A stretch of 64,000 nucleotides of DNA, taken from NCBI GenBank assembly GCA_963790475.1, contig CAWBOS010000006.1, positions 768,001 through 832,000 of the forward strand, written 5' to 3'. Below are positions 10,032 to 19,971 of this stretch, one piece after another. The notes under the pieces were generated by a model. That model worked only from the letters and a program-made list of their open reading frames with translations. It ran no database searches and was not told the origin of the DNA. The DNA comes from an uncultured delta proteobacterium (GTDB taxonomy: Bacteria; Desulfobacterota; RBG-13-43-22). The position numbers and the translations under genes are program-made. Positions within the stretch are counted from its first letter, which is position 1. The number at the start of each line of letters is the position of its first letter.

Positions 10032-13000
10032 ATGACCCCCCACAATTCCAGAGACCCCCTTTCATTCTTCCATCCCCTGATCCGAAAATGGTTCAGGGAA
10101 AGTATCGGGGTTCCTACCAACATACAGTCGCAGGCCTGGCCGGAAATTGCTTTGGGGAAACATGCCCTGATAACAGCTCCCACAGGGAGCGGCAAAACAC
10201 TTACCGCCTTCCTCTGGGCCATCAACCAACTGGTCACCGGAGCTTGGGAACCGGGTCGGACCCGTGTCCTCTATGTCTCCCCCTTAAAGGCTCTCAACAA
10301 TGATGTGCAACGCAACCTCATCAAACCGATTGATGAGCTTAAGGCCTTTTTCCTGAAGTCTGAGGAGAATTTCCCCCTCATCAGTGTGCTGACGCGAAGC
10401 GGCGATACCCCGACCGAAGATCGCCGGCAGATGTTGCGCCGCCCACCGGAAATCCTGATCACCACCCCGGAAAGTCTGAATATTCTCCTGAGTTCCCGAA
10501 ACGGCAGGGGATTACTGGGGGGCCTATCGACTGTCATTCTGGATGAAATTCATGCCGTGGTCGGCACCAAGCGGGGCACCCATCTCATTACCGCTGTGGA
10601 TCGGTTGGTTCTCCTTTCCGGTGAGTTCCAGCGCATCGCGCTGTCGGCTACGGTAAAGCCCCTTCCGATCGTGGCCGAATTTGTCGGCGGCTATAGGCTA
10701 TTGAACGGGGGTAAGACCTGTCATTATGAAAAAAGAAAAGTGGAAATTATCAGGTCAAAAGATAAGAAAGATTATTTGATTGAGGTCCGCTTTCCGCCGG
10801 AGGCCAGGGAACATCTGGTCGATGCCTCCTGGTGGCCGGCCCTGGCCGAATCCTTCAAAGAGGTTATCCTGGCCAATCGTTCCACCCTGCTTTTTGCCAA
10901 CAGCCGCAGGATTGCCGAAAAGGTTACCCGCCTGATCAACGAAGGAGGAGAAGAGGAATTAGCCTATTCACACCACGGCTCCCTTTCTCGCGAGATCCGT
11001 CTGGCCGTAGAACAGAGATTGAAGGCGGGTGAACTGAAAGCCATCGTGGCCACCAGCTCTCTCGAACTGGGCATCGATATCGGCGATCTCGACCGGGTGA
11101 TCCTTATCCAGGCTCCGCCCTCCATTTCATCGGCCATTCAGCGGATCGGACGATCCGGCCACAGGGTCGGCGGGTTGAGCCGCGGTCTTCTCTATCCCAC
11201 CCACGGCCGCGATTTTTTGAATGCCGCAGTCATCGCCGAAGGGGTCATGAGTCAGGATATCGAAGCCGTCAGACCCATCGAAAGCCCCCTGGATGTGCTG
11301 GCCCAGGTGATCATTTCCATGACCGGCCTTGAAGCATGGGATATAAATGAGCTCTTCTTTTTTATCAAGACCAGCACTCCCTATCATCACCTCTCCCGCC
11401 AACAATTCAATCTGGTGCTGGAGATGCTGGCCGGGCGGTATGCCGATACCCGGCTTCGGGAACTCAAGCCCCGTATCTCCATGGATAAGATCGATAACAC
11501 CCTTCAGGGGAAAGAAGGGGTGCTGCGATTGATCTATCTGTCGGGCGGCACCATTCCGGATCGGGGTTACTATGATCTTCGAATAGCCGATTCAAAATCC
11601 AAGATCGGCGAACTGGATGAAGAATTCGTCTGGGAACGGAGTATCGGAGATACCTTCACCCTGGGTGCCCAGGTCTGGCGTATCCAGAAGGTGACCCATA
11701 ACGACGTGGAGGTCAGTCCGGCCGAGGTCAAACCAGGTATTTTCCCTTTCTGGAGGGCCGAGGACCAGAATCGGGATTTCCACTTCTCGGAAAAGATCCT
11801 GCTGTTCCTGGAAAAATTTCATAAGCGGATCGATGCCCTTTCTTTCAAGGAGGAACTGGCCCGGAAATATTGTTTGGATGAAGCCGCCGTTATTGAGCTC
11901 ATCGATTTCTTGAAACGGCAAAAAGAGGCCACCAAAACCGACCTGCCTCATCGGCACCATCTGCTCATCGAGCATTTTCATGATCCGCTGAACACGGCCG
12001 AAGGCCGGCAGGTTATCCTCCATACGATCTGGGGAGGAAAAATCAACCGGCCCTTCAGCCTGGCCCTGCAGGCCGCTTGGGAAGATAAATATCACGCTCA
12101 TCTGGAAGTCATTCAGAATAACGATTGTATCCTATTGATCCTGCCCCATGAATTTTCGATTGGGGAGCTCTTTGCCCTGGTCAAACCGGAAAACCTGGAT
12201 AAGCTGCTTAGGCAGTCCCTGGAACAAAGCGGATTTTTCGGGGCTAAATTCAGGGAAAATGCCGGACGGGCCCTTCTGCTTCCCCGTTCCGATTTCAAGA
12301 GGCGCCTGCCCCTTTGGCTCAACCGGCTTCGATCCAAAAAGCTGATGGACGCGGTTATGGCCTATCCGGATTTTCCCATTCTTCTGGAAACCTGGCGTAC
12401 TTGCCTTCAGGATGAATTCGACCTGGAGAATTTAAAAAAACTATTGGAAGAAATCCGAAACGGTCAGATAAAAATCAGCGAGACCTTCACCTCGGCCGCT
12501 TCTCCTTTTGCCGAAGGCTTGATCTGGAAACAGACCAACACCTATATGTATGCCGATGATTCCCCCCTTTCCGGCAAGACCTCGGAGTTAAGTCAGGAAC
12601 TCTTGAAAGAAGTTGTCTTTTCTCATCGCCTCAGACCGCGGCTTCCCGAGAATCTGGTTCGATCCTTGGAAGCGAAACTTCAGCGTACAGCCCCTGGATA
12701 TGCCCCCAGATCAGCCCAGGATCTTTTGGACTGGATCAAGGAAAGGGTGTTGATCCCGGCCTCCCAGTGGCAGGAGCTGATGAGGACTATAGATCAAGAC
12801 CGTGATATTCCGGCCAGTGATATGGTGGACTTGATACAAGAAAAAATCATCTCCATTAAACTGCCCGCTGCCTCTATCCCTCTGGTCTGCGCCGTGGAAA
12901 ATTTACAACGCATCGTCATGGGGTTTAATCTCCGACAGGAAGAAGTTGATATCCGGGATGCCTGTTCAAATGGACCAATAAACGGACGAACCGTCCTTTT

Positions 13001-14540
13001 AATTGAGACTGTTTTTAAAAAATATTTTACTGAGCTGGAAGGACAGGAGGAAACCACGCCAGCGGACATTTTGCGGCAATGGCTTTCTTTTTATGGCCCA
13101 GTCGGCAAATCCTCTCTGAAAGAAATTCTGGGTCTGGAAGAATCTTATCTGGATGAGATTATCTCCGGCCTGGCGGAATCCCAAGATGTTGTCTTCGACC
13201 GGCTTACGGAAAAGGCCGAAGAAATGGAACTCTGTGACCGGGAAAACCTGGAAATATTGCTTAGAATGGCCAGAAAATCCCGGCAGCCCCTTTTCAAGGC
13301 CCTGGGCATCGATCATCTCCCCTTGTTCCTGGCGGCCTATCAGGGCCTGACCAAGCAGGGCGAATCGACCGAAGACCTGCAGCGGGTCCTGGATCAACTC
13401 TTTGGTTTTCCCTCTGAGGTTGAGGCCTGGGAAAAACACATTCTTCCGGCCCGACTATCCCCCTATTACGGCACCGGGTTGGACAATCTGAACCGGACCA
13501 GCGATCTGCTCTGGTTCGGCTGCGGAAAAAGAAAAATAAGTTTTTCTTTTTCTGATGATCTTGAACTCTTCCTCAATCAATACGGATATGATGACGAGGG
13601 GCAAACATCGGTTGAGCCCCTCCTGCCGGATGAACTGGCCGGTCTGCTGCCTCGAAAAATCGGACGATACAGTTTTTTTGATATAGCCCGATTTTCGAAT
13701 TTGGACAGCCGCGATTTGAGCAAAAAACTCTGGGACCTTTTCTGGAAAGGTTTGATTAGCAATGATACTTTCGCCACCCTTCGCCAGGGGATCTTAACCA
13801 AATTTGCTCCCCTGCCTCTAAAAAGAGAAGAGGGGCGGCCTTCCCGTTCGGCCTTCAACCGCTGGGTCTCCACCCGCCCCCTTTCGGGAAACTGGTATAT
13901 CCTGGACCGCGACTTTATAGAAAAAGATCCCATCGATGAAGCGGAGTTGGTCAAGGATCGGGTCCGTCAGCTTTTCCGACGCTACGGCCTGATCTTTCGT
14001 GAACTGTTGGCTAACGAACTGCCTTTGCTCCAGTGGAATAAAGTATTTAAGGCCCTGAGGCTCATGGAGCTCTCTGGAGAAATTTTATCGGGATATTTTT
14101 TTGAAGGGATTCCCGGTGTTCAATTTATTTCGCCGGAGGCCTTTAGGTTCTTAAACGAGCCTTTGCCGGATGAAGCGGTTTACTGGTTAAATGCCACAGA
14201 TCCGGCTTCCCTTTGCGGCCTCAAGTTGGAAGCCCTCAAGGGTAGGCTTCCCAGCCGCATTCCCTCCACCTATCTGGTCTATCAAGGCCATCGACTGGCC
14301 ATGCTTTCCCGCCGCAACGGCAGACACCTGGAAATTCTGGTTCCCCCTGATGATACCCATTTCCAGGACTACCTGGCTTTTTTCAAAGTTTTGCTGACCA
14401 GGGAATTCAGCCCTGAAAAAATCATCTCCGTTGAGAGGATCAACCAAAAACCCGCACTGGAGAGCGAATATGCCGACCTCCTTAAAGCCTTCGGCTTCAG
14501 CCGCTCGTATAAGGGATTGGAATTGGTCAGAAGGTACTGA
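10032..14540 (+). CDS. lhr: Lhr-family SF2 DEAH helicase, long form with C-terminal domain
   Basis: APTGSGKT, YVSPLKAL, ITTPESL, DEIH, HHGSLS, TSSLELGIDIG, QRIGRSGH; 1502 aa. Confidence 0.93.
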   Translation: MTPHNSRDPLSFFHPLIRKWFRESIGVPTNIQSQAWPEIALGKHALITAPTGSGKTLTAFLWAINQLVTGAWEPGRTRVLYVSPLKALNNDVQRNLIKPIDELKAFFLKSEENFPLISVLTRSGDTPTEDRRQMLRRPPEILITTPESLNILLSSRNGRGLLGGLSTVILDEIHAVVGTKRGTHLITAVDRLVLLSGEFQRIALSATVKPLPIVAEFVGGYRLLNGGKTCHYEKRKVEIIRSKDKKDYLIEVRFPPEAREHLVDASWWPALAESFKEVILANRSTLLFANSRRIAEKVTRLINEGGEEELAYSHHGSLSREIRLAVEQRLKAGELKAIVATSSLELGIDIGDLDRVILIQAPPSISSAIQRIGRSGHRVGGLSRGLLYPTHGRDFLNAAVIAEGVMSQDIEAVRPIESPLDVLAQVIISMTGLEAWDINELFFFIKTSTPYHHLSRQQFNLVLEMLAGRYADTRLRELKPRISMDKIDNTLQGKEGVLRLIYLSGGTIPDRGYYDLRIADSKSKIGELDEEFVWERSIGDTFTLGAQVWRIQKVTHNDVEVSPAEVKPGIFPFWRAEDQNRDFHFSEKILLFLEKFHKRIDALSFKEELARKYCLDEAAVIELIDFLKRQKEATKTDLPHRHHLLIEHFHDPLNTAEGRQVILHTIWGGKINRPFSLALQAAWEDKYHAHLEVIQNNDCILLILPHEFSIGELFALVKPENLDKLLRQSLEQSGFFGAKFRENAGRALLLPRSDFKRRLPLWLNRLRSKKLMDAVMAYPDFPILLETWRTCLQDEFDLENLKKLLEEIRNGQIKISETFTSAASPFAEGLIWKQTNTYMYADDSPLSGKTSELSQELLKEVVFSHRLRPRLPENLVRSLEAKLQRTAPGYAPRSAQDLLDWIKERVLIPASQWQELMRTIDQDRDIPASDMVDLIQEKIISIKLPAASIPLVCAVENLQRIVMGFNLRQEEVDIRDACSNGPINGRTVLLIETVFKKYFTELEGQEETTPADILRQWLSFYGPVGKSSLKEILGLEESYLDEIISGLAESQDVVFDRLTEKAEEMELCDRENLEILLRMARKSRQPLFKALGIDHLPLFLAAYQGLTKQGESTEDLQRVLDQLFGFPSEVEAWEKHILPARLSPYYGTGLDNLNRTSDLLWFGCGKRKISFSFSDDLELFLNQYGYDDEGQTSVEPLLPDELAGLLPRKIGRYSFFDIARFSNLDSRDLSKKLWDLFWKGLISNDTFATLRQGILTKFAPLPLKREEGRPSRSAFNRWVSTRPLSGNWYILDRDFIEKDPIDEAELVKDRVRQLFRRYGLIFRELLANELPLLQWNKVFKALRLMELSGEILSGYFFEGIPGVQFISPEAFRFLNEPLPDEAVYWLNATDPASLCGLKLEALKGRLPSRIPSTYLVYQGHRLAMLSRRNGRHLEILVPPDDTHFQDYLAFFKVLLTREFSPEKIISVERINQKPALESEYADLLKAFGFSRSYKGLELVRRY

Positions 14541-14614
14541 TAGGCGGGTGTGGATAAAACTTTTTCAGGCTGAAACAATTTATTTGTTCTACGATCGATA
14601 ACCTGAAAAAATTT

Positions 14615-14686
14615 GTCTCCTCATAGCCGAGGGTAATGCCTGCGCAGTCCTGCTGAGGCGGGATGGGAGAGTAGGCTGCCACCGTG
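14615..14686 (+). pseudogene. 5S rRNA 3'-part relic, copy D
   Basis: GCCGAGGGTAATGCCTGCGCAGTCCTGCTGAGGCGGGATGGGAGAGTAGGCTGCCACCG, closely similar to the 3' half of copy C. Confidence 0.7.
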
Positions 14687-14703
14687 AATTTTTATAAAGC
14701 CCC

Positions 14704-15456
14704 TTATTGTGCCAGTAATCCCGTTTCTTCGGAACTGGCCAAAGGGCTGACGGCCGAAGTCGGCTTCCTGGCCGCTCCGAAATAGATGATGGCGGTGTTC
14801 CCCCTGGAAGAGATGATGGCCGGAAAATCGCCCTTCCCAGGCGAATGCCGATTGAACTTAACCCCGGCCAATTCTATATTGGTGAATCCCTGGTTCTCCA
14901 AAAGAACCCTCAAATCGGCAGGAGAGATAAAAAGGGGCCAGTGATGGGTCCCCCGTGGCATGAACCTGATGAGGATTTCCCCGAGCCAGATGATAAACAA
15001 TTTGGACCAGAAGGTTTTATTGAAGGTGTCAAAGAACAACCATCCACCTGGTTTGAGCACCCGGTATATCTCACCAAGGGTAAGACCCTTATCAGGCATA
15101 TGCTCCAACACATCAAAACAGGTGACGGCATCCATTGTCTGGTCGTTGAAGGGAAGCCGTTCGGCGGTGCATAGATTATACTCGATATCCAGATTGTTTT
15201 CCCTGGCATGTTCTCGAGCCTGCTGGAGGGATTCTGCCATGATATCTGTTCCGAAAACCACCGCCCGGCGTTGGGCCAGGAATTCACAGGCATACCCGCC
15301 GCCGCAGCCCACATCAAGCACTTTAACCCCGTCCCACCCATCCAGAAAATGGTCAAAATGGGCAAACCGTACCGGGTTCAGTTTATTTAAAAAGATATGG
15401 TCCCCACTTGGGGGCCACCAATGATAAGATCCGCCATGTAAATCTTTCTGATCCAT
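14704..15456 (-). CDS. UbiG-like SAM-dependent O-methyltransferase
   Basis: LNPVR, VLDVGCGGG, FDVLEH, LKPGG, PRGTH; start probably MDQKD. Confidence 0.85.
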   Translation of the reverse strand: MDQKDLHGGSYHWWPPSGDHIFLNKLNPVRFAHFDHFLDGWDGVKVLDVGCGGGYACEFLAQRRAVVFGTDIMAESLQQAREHARENNLDIEYNLCTAERLPFNDQTMDAVTCFDVLEHMPDKGLTLGEIYRVLKPGGWLFFDTFNKTFWSKLFIIWLGEILIRFMPRGTHHWPLFISPADLRVLLENQGFTNIELAGVKFNRHSPGKGDFPAIISSRGNTAIIYFGAARKPTSAVSPLASSEETGLLAQ

Positions 15457-15460
15457 TAAT

Positions 15461-16021
15461 CTATTTCCTCCCCATTTCCAATGTCTGAACACCTCTCTTG
15501 ATGTCAACTGGGATTTTCCCGTTCCTTCTTATCTTTTCAAAAGCAGTAAAAAACCATTTGAATCTTTTCGTAACATGAAAAATTAGATACACCAACAAGA
15601 CCCAGGTTATTTTGTCGTGTATCTCCATATAAAATCCACGGCTTAAGGCCGGGCCTCCGCTCAACTTGATAAACCATGAGATATACCCGGTGACAGCCAC
15701 TAAAATAAAAATTATCGTCATGATAATCGCTTGCTGGTTTTTAAAGACTAACTTCTTCTTCCGTACTACCGCCTTATACCATTTCCAGTGCAGGATGATA
15801 TGAAAGACCATGCCAATGGATACGAGGACGACTGAAATTAAATGAATGTCCGACCAGTTGAAATAATTTAAACCTAAAACTAAATTGTTTGTATCTATTT
15901 CTCCGTGATGCCCCATGTGGTAGCCGATTTGTATCCAAAGGCCGGAAAAAACCATGGCCGACCCAAACAACAGCAGTCCAAGATTTATTAAAAAACTAGG
16001 TATCGGATTTTTCTTTAACAT
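15461..16021 (-). CDS. DUF4405-type cytochrome b-like membrane protein
   Basis: Four TM segments with conserved His (WSDIH, FHIILHWKW, EIH, FHV). Confidence 0.75.
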   Translation of the reverse strand: MLKKNPIPSFLINLGLLLFGSAMVFSGLWIQIGYHMGHHGEIDTNNLVLGLNYFNWSDIHLISVVLVSIGMVFHIILHWKWYKAVVRKKKLVFKNQQAIIMTIIFILVAVTGYISWFIKLSGGPALSRGFYMEIHDKITWVLLVYLIFHVTKRFKWFFTAFEKIRRNGKIPVDIKRGVQTLEMGRK

Positions 16022-16042
16022 AGAATGGCCCTGTCAACCGGA

Positions 16043-16729
16043 TTAGGTTGTTTGAGCGACCTTTAATCTTGTAAAAACAGCCCCTCTTGCCCAGGCGCGG
16101 ATGGCCTCCCAGTTGCGGAAATCGCCTTCCGGGGACTGGATGATTTTTTTATTCAACCAAGAGAGGTTGCTGTAATGCATCGCTCCGGCAAAGGGTTCAA
16201 TATCGACCGGCTTTACTTGGGGTATGGTTTGAAGAACAGGGTCTAAAAAGGATAATGCTTTACGTCGATTCTCTTCCGTTGGCTGGCGTATGGTCATGCA
16301 GACCATAAAATAAGCCACAGGAATCTGACTCAGTAGGTCAGCGTTGGCCTTGACGAAATTCACCGCTTCCGACATCCAATTGCCCCGATAAATGGCACTG
16401 CCCACAACTGCACCTTGATAGGAACTCAAGCTTCTTACGTTTCTCACTAAACAAACATCCGCCTTCGCCCCCTTACTGCATAATTCTTTCCCGATGGCCT
16501 CGGCCACACCGCCGGTGGAGCCGTACTCGCTGGCGTAGGCGACTAATATTTTTTTGGCCATATTATTATTTTTGTCTCCGCATCTTGATTCAGGGAAGAC
16601 GATTGAAGCAGCATAACCGGATCCTGCCGCCGAGATGCTTCCCAAGGATAGGGTCCCGATGATCCCCCCGGCCAGCGCCAAAAAATCCCGGCGACCCATA
16701 CCTCGTTGTTTGTTGTCCTTCGTTCCCAT
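16043..16729 (-). CDS. Tat-signal flavodoxin-domain protein (HemG-like)
   Basis: GRRDFL twin-arginine signal; AYASEYGSTGGVAE; GDFRNWEAIRAW. Confidence 0.85.
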   Translation of the reverse strand: MGTKDNKQRGMGRRDFLALAGGIIGTLSLGSISAAGSGYAASIVFPESRCGDKNNNMAKKILVAYASEYGSTGGVAEAIGKELCSKGAKADVCLVRNVRSLSSYQGAVVGSAIYRGNWMSEAVNFVKANADLLSQIPVAYFMVCMTIRQPTEENRRKALSFLDPVLQTIPQVKPVDIEPFAGAMHYSNLSWLNKKIIQSPEGDFRNWEAIRAWARGAVFTRLKVAQTT

Positions 16730-16814
16730 GAATGCTCCTTTTTTTAAATGTATTTTTGACTACAGAAAAGCCCCTTCTCCACTTCCTTCAGAGGGCTTCA
16801 CTGCTCTATCCGAA

Positions 16815-17330
16815 TCATGACCGGTGATATTTCATTCTTTCCTTGATTTCATCTGTAATCATCCGCTTTTGTTTGCTGTCCAAAGTGTTATAAAAATCCA
16901 GAAAGAGCCCCAGACTTTTATCCAAGAAAGCGGACATCTCATTTATTTTTGACTTCATGGATTCAATCATCAACGGAAGGTTGGGATCTTCCCGGTCCAT
17001 TTCCTCATGGAACTTTTCCCTCATTTTCTGGTGATCGCTCATAGCCGTAGAAAAATGAGCTTTCAAGTTTTCTTTAAGCACCTCATATTTCGCTTTTTGC
17101 TTCTCGGTCAGGTTCAGTTCCTTGGCCTTTTTGTCCATACGCCAGAGGATAAATTCGGCCATATCCTTACCATGGGTCATTGAATGGAAACCCCGGTCAT
17201 GAAAATGGGGGCGAAAGCCTCCGCACCAATAACCCCGCGGCCCGTAGGCGGAAACCAAGCTGTAGCCGGCCAGAATCACTACCAACAAAAAAATACCGCT
17301 CCCCATAAAGACTTTGTTTCTTGTTTTCAT
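16815..17330 (-). CDS. Spy/CpxP-family periplasmic chaperone-like protein
   Basis: Signal peptide, LNLTEKQ and LDSKQ (LTxxQ-like) motifs, divergent from a two-component pair. Confidence 0.75.
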   Translation of the reverse strand: MKTRNKVFMGSGIFLLVVILAGYSLVSAYGPRGYWCGGFRPHFHDRGFHSMTHGKDMAEFILWRMDKKAKELNLTEKQKAKYEVLKENLKAHFSTAMSDHQKMREKFHEEMDREDPNLPLMIESMKSKINEMSAFLDKSLGLFLDFYNTLDSKQKRMITDEIKERMKYHRS

Positions 17331-17424
17331 TTCAGACTCCTTTCTTTGACTATGTGTTTGATGGTCTATCCTTGAAATTGGTCTTCACGCTACAGGAAAG
17401 ATGTAAAGAATCTTTTTTGCGCTT

Positions 17425-17460
17425 GTAAAAGTTTGTTAAATAAATGTAAAAGAAGGTAAA
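17425..17460. promoter_or_regulatory. CpxR/OmpR-type direct-repeat boxes
   Basis: GTAAA-AGAAG-GTAAA at 17446-17460 and GTAAA-AGTTT-GTTAA at 17425-17439. Confidence 0.6.
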
Positions 17461-17474
17461 AAGAGGTGACAAAC

Positions 17475-18178
17475 ATGGGAAATCTGGTTTTAATTGTCGA
17501 CGACGATGAAAAACTCCAAAAACTCCTCAAGGAGTACCTGGAGAATAACGGATTTCGTGTCCTGGGCCTCGGGACGGATCTCATGTTCTGGAAACCATCC
17601 GAAAGGAATCTCCGGATCTGGTGATTCTGGATATTATGCTGCCGGGAAAGGATGGTTTGGAAATATTGAAGGAGATCAGGCGGGATTTCGACCTGCCGGT
17701 CATGATGCTCACGGCCAAGGGGGAAGATACGGATCGTATTGTGGGTCTGGAATTGGGGGGAGATGACTATCTGGCCAAACCTTTTAATCCCAGGGAACTA
17801 TTGGCCAGGATAAAGGCGATTTTACGACGGGCCGGACCAGGAGTTCCATTTGATTCCGATGCCCGGAAACCTGTTTTCATCAAAGCCGGTGGGTTGACAC
17901 TGAATACGGCCAGGCAGACGGTCTCAACGGAAAAGCGCGAAATAGAACTGTCTTCGGCCGAGTACCGGATACTGGAAGTATTGATGAAAAACCCCAATAC
18001 CGTCTTGAGCCGGGATCAGCTTATGACCTTGGCCCGCGGCAGAGATTTCATGGCCTTTGACCGGAGCATCGATGTCCATATCAGCAAATTACGGGCCAAA
18101 TTGGAGTCGGACCCCCATTCTCCCCGAAGGATAAAAACCATATGGGGGAGCGGTTATATGTTTATAGATGAGCCATGA
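17475..18178 (+). pseudogene. OmpR/CpxR-family response regulator, frameshifted near 17570
   Basis: MGNLVLIVDDDEKLQKLLKEYLENNGF in one frame continues as DGSHVLETIRKESPDLVILDIMLPG in the -1 frame. Confidence 0.85.
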
Positions 18179-19602
18179 GACCGGGAAAACTTTATATCAA
18201 GATCCTTTTATCCTTTCTGGCTGTCCTGTTCATAACCATGATGGTGGTTTTTGCCCTGTTTCACGCTTTGCCGGTTCAACGTTTCAATGCCCGTTTGGAA
18301 GATTTCGCCCAAACAAAGGCCCTCATCGTCAAAGAGGCGGTTGAAGAAAAAATACGATCGGCACCGAACACAGATTTGTCTAAAAATGAACCGTTAAAAA
18401 ATTTTATTCTGGACTTTGGTAAAATTTTGGGGGCCAAGGTCTGGCTGCAAAATTCGGACAATACCATACCTGTCAAATCGTTCCCGGATGAGATTCCGGA
18501 AATCGTTTTCAAGCTTAAAAGAAAGCATGCTCTGGTATATGGCGATATAACCATTTACCACCACAGACGTTTGGATTTATACGCGGTTATACCCGTTGTC
18601 CTTCTAAGGGGAGAAAGGGGAACTATCCACGTGTTGTTTGACACTACGGAAAGGTCCTCCCATCCGGACCATCCCGAAGGATTTTTTGCCCTGGGATTGA
18701 TCATTATCGGTCTAATGGCCGCTTTGCTCTTCATTCCCTTGTCGTGGATCATCACCGCTCGGCTCAAAAAACTTCGCCAATCGGCTTTGACTATTTCGGA
18801 AGGCAATCTTTCCCATAGGGTGGCCATTCGCGGTCGAGATGAAATCAGTGAGTTGTCCCAATCCTTTAATCAAATGGCCGACAAGCTGGAAGCCATGATT
18901 GTAAATGCCAGGGAGTTGACTGCCAATGTCTCTCATGAGCTTCGCACGCCCCTGACCAGGATCAGGATTTCCGAAGAGATCCTCCGTGAAAAACTGAAAC
19001 CCGGGGATGTTGCCCTTTACGAAAGACACCTCGATGAGATACGTGAAGATATTCAGGAGTTGGATCAACTCATCGGCCGAATCCTGGAATGGTCCAAACT
19101 GGATATGCAGGCATCACCTCTGGTCTTCGCCCCCTTCGACCCAACAGAGCTTATGGGGGAGCTCCTTCGACGGCTTCAACCGGTGACTGACCGCAAGCAT
19201 CTGAAAGTTGTTTCCGACTTGTCATTTTCCCCCCCTTTTTCAGGGGACAAAGAGGCCCTGGCCACGGCCTTTTTAAACATCCTGGATAATGCCGCCAAAT
19301 TCACTTCGGAAAAAGGTCAAATCCATATCCGGATGCAACCGCAATCCGACTTTTTAGAGATCAGTATCACAAACAGCTTCGAGAAAATACCAGAAGAAGA
19401 GCTTTCCAGGATTTTTGTCCCCTTCCATCGGGCCAAACTATCCAAGGCCGGCGGTTCCGGCCTGGGGCTGGCTATTGCCAAAAAGATCATCGACCGGCAT
19501 GGAGGAAATATTGGGGCTTATAATGCAGAAAAGGGGTTCGAGATTAGAATATCCCTGCCCCGTAACGCGCCCGGGGAGGGGTCAAGAAAAAGTCCTGTCT
19601 AA
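18175..19602 (+). CDS. HAMP sensor histidine kinase (CpxA-like)
   Basis: Two TM segments, HAMP, SHELRTPL, NILDNA, GSGLGL. Confidence 0.93.
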   Translation: MRPGKLYIKILLSFLAVLFITMMVVFALFHALPVQRFNARLEDFAQTKALIVKEAVEEKIRSAPNTDLSKNEPLKNFILDFGKILGAKVWLQNSDNTIPVKSFPDEIPEIVFKLKRKHALVYGDITIYHHRRLDLYAVIPVVLLRGERGTIHVLFDTTERSSHPDHPEGFFALGLIIIGLMAALLFIPLSWIITARLKKLRQSALTISEGNLSHRVAIRGRDEISELSQSFNQMADKLEAMIVNARELTANVSHELRTPLTRIRISEEILREKLKPGDVALYERHLDEIREDIQELDQLIGRILEWSKLDMQASPLVFAPFDPTELMGELLRRLQPVTDRKHLKVVSDLSFSPPFSGDKEALATAFLNILDNAAKFTSEKGQIHIRMQPQSDFLEISITNSFEKIPEEELSRIFVPFHRAKLSKAGGSGLGLAIAKKIIDRHGGNIGAYNAEKGFEIRISLPRNAPGEGSRKSPV

Positions 19603-19971
19603 AGGACCAGGAGTTAGGCGGCGTTAGGCTCTATTCAAGTCCAATCCTTAGCCAAACAGATATGTGCCCCTACTATTAAAGATAGTGACCAGGACGTTGT
19701 GGTGACCGGGACATCCTATAATGATCCTGTCAAGAAAGAATATAGCCTTCAAAGAAAAATATATCTCCAGGGCACAGATTGGCAGGAAACCTCAACCCGA
19801 AATCAGAAACCCAAAATGGTAATACCTTTTTCAGTTTTGATTGAAAACGGGCTTTTTGTATTTTTATTGACTTGCTTTATTAGATGTATTTTTATACCAA
19901 AGACCCTATAGGGATTAAAAAGGCGTCAAAAAAATATGGGCTTAATCATTTGAAAGGAGATGACCTGAAAG

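Noticed and set aside
14536-14560. TGATAGGCGGGTGTGGA resembles a motif near the 23S rRNA 3' end, upstream of 5S relic D
   Set aside because: Short, overlaps the lhr stop codon, and the similarity does not extend.
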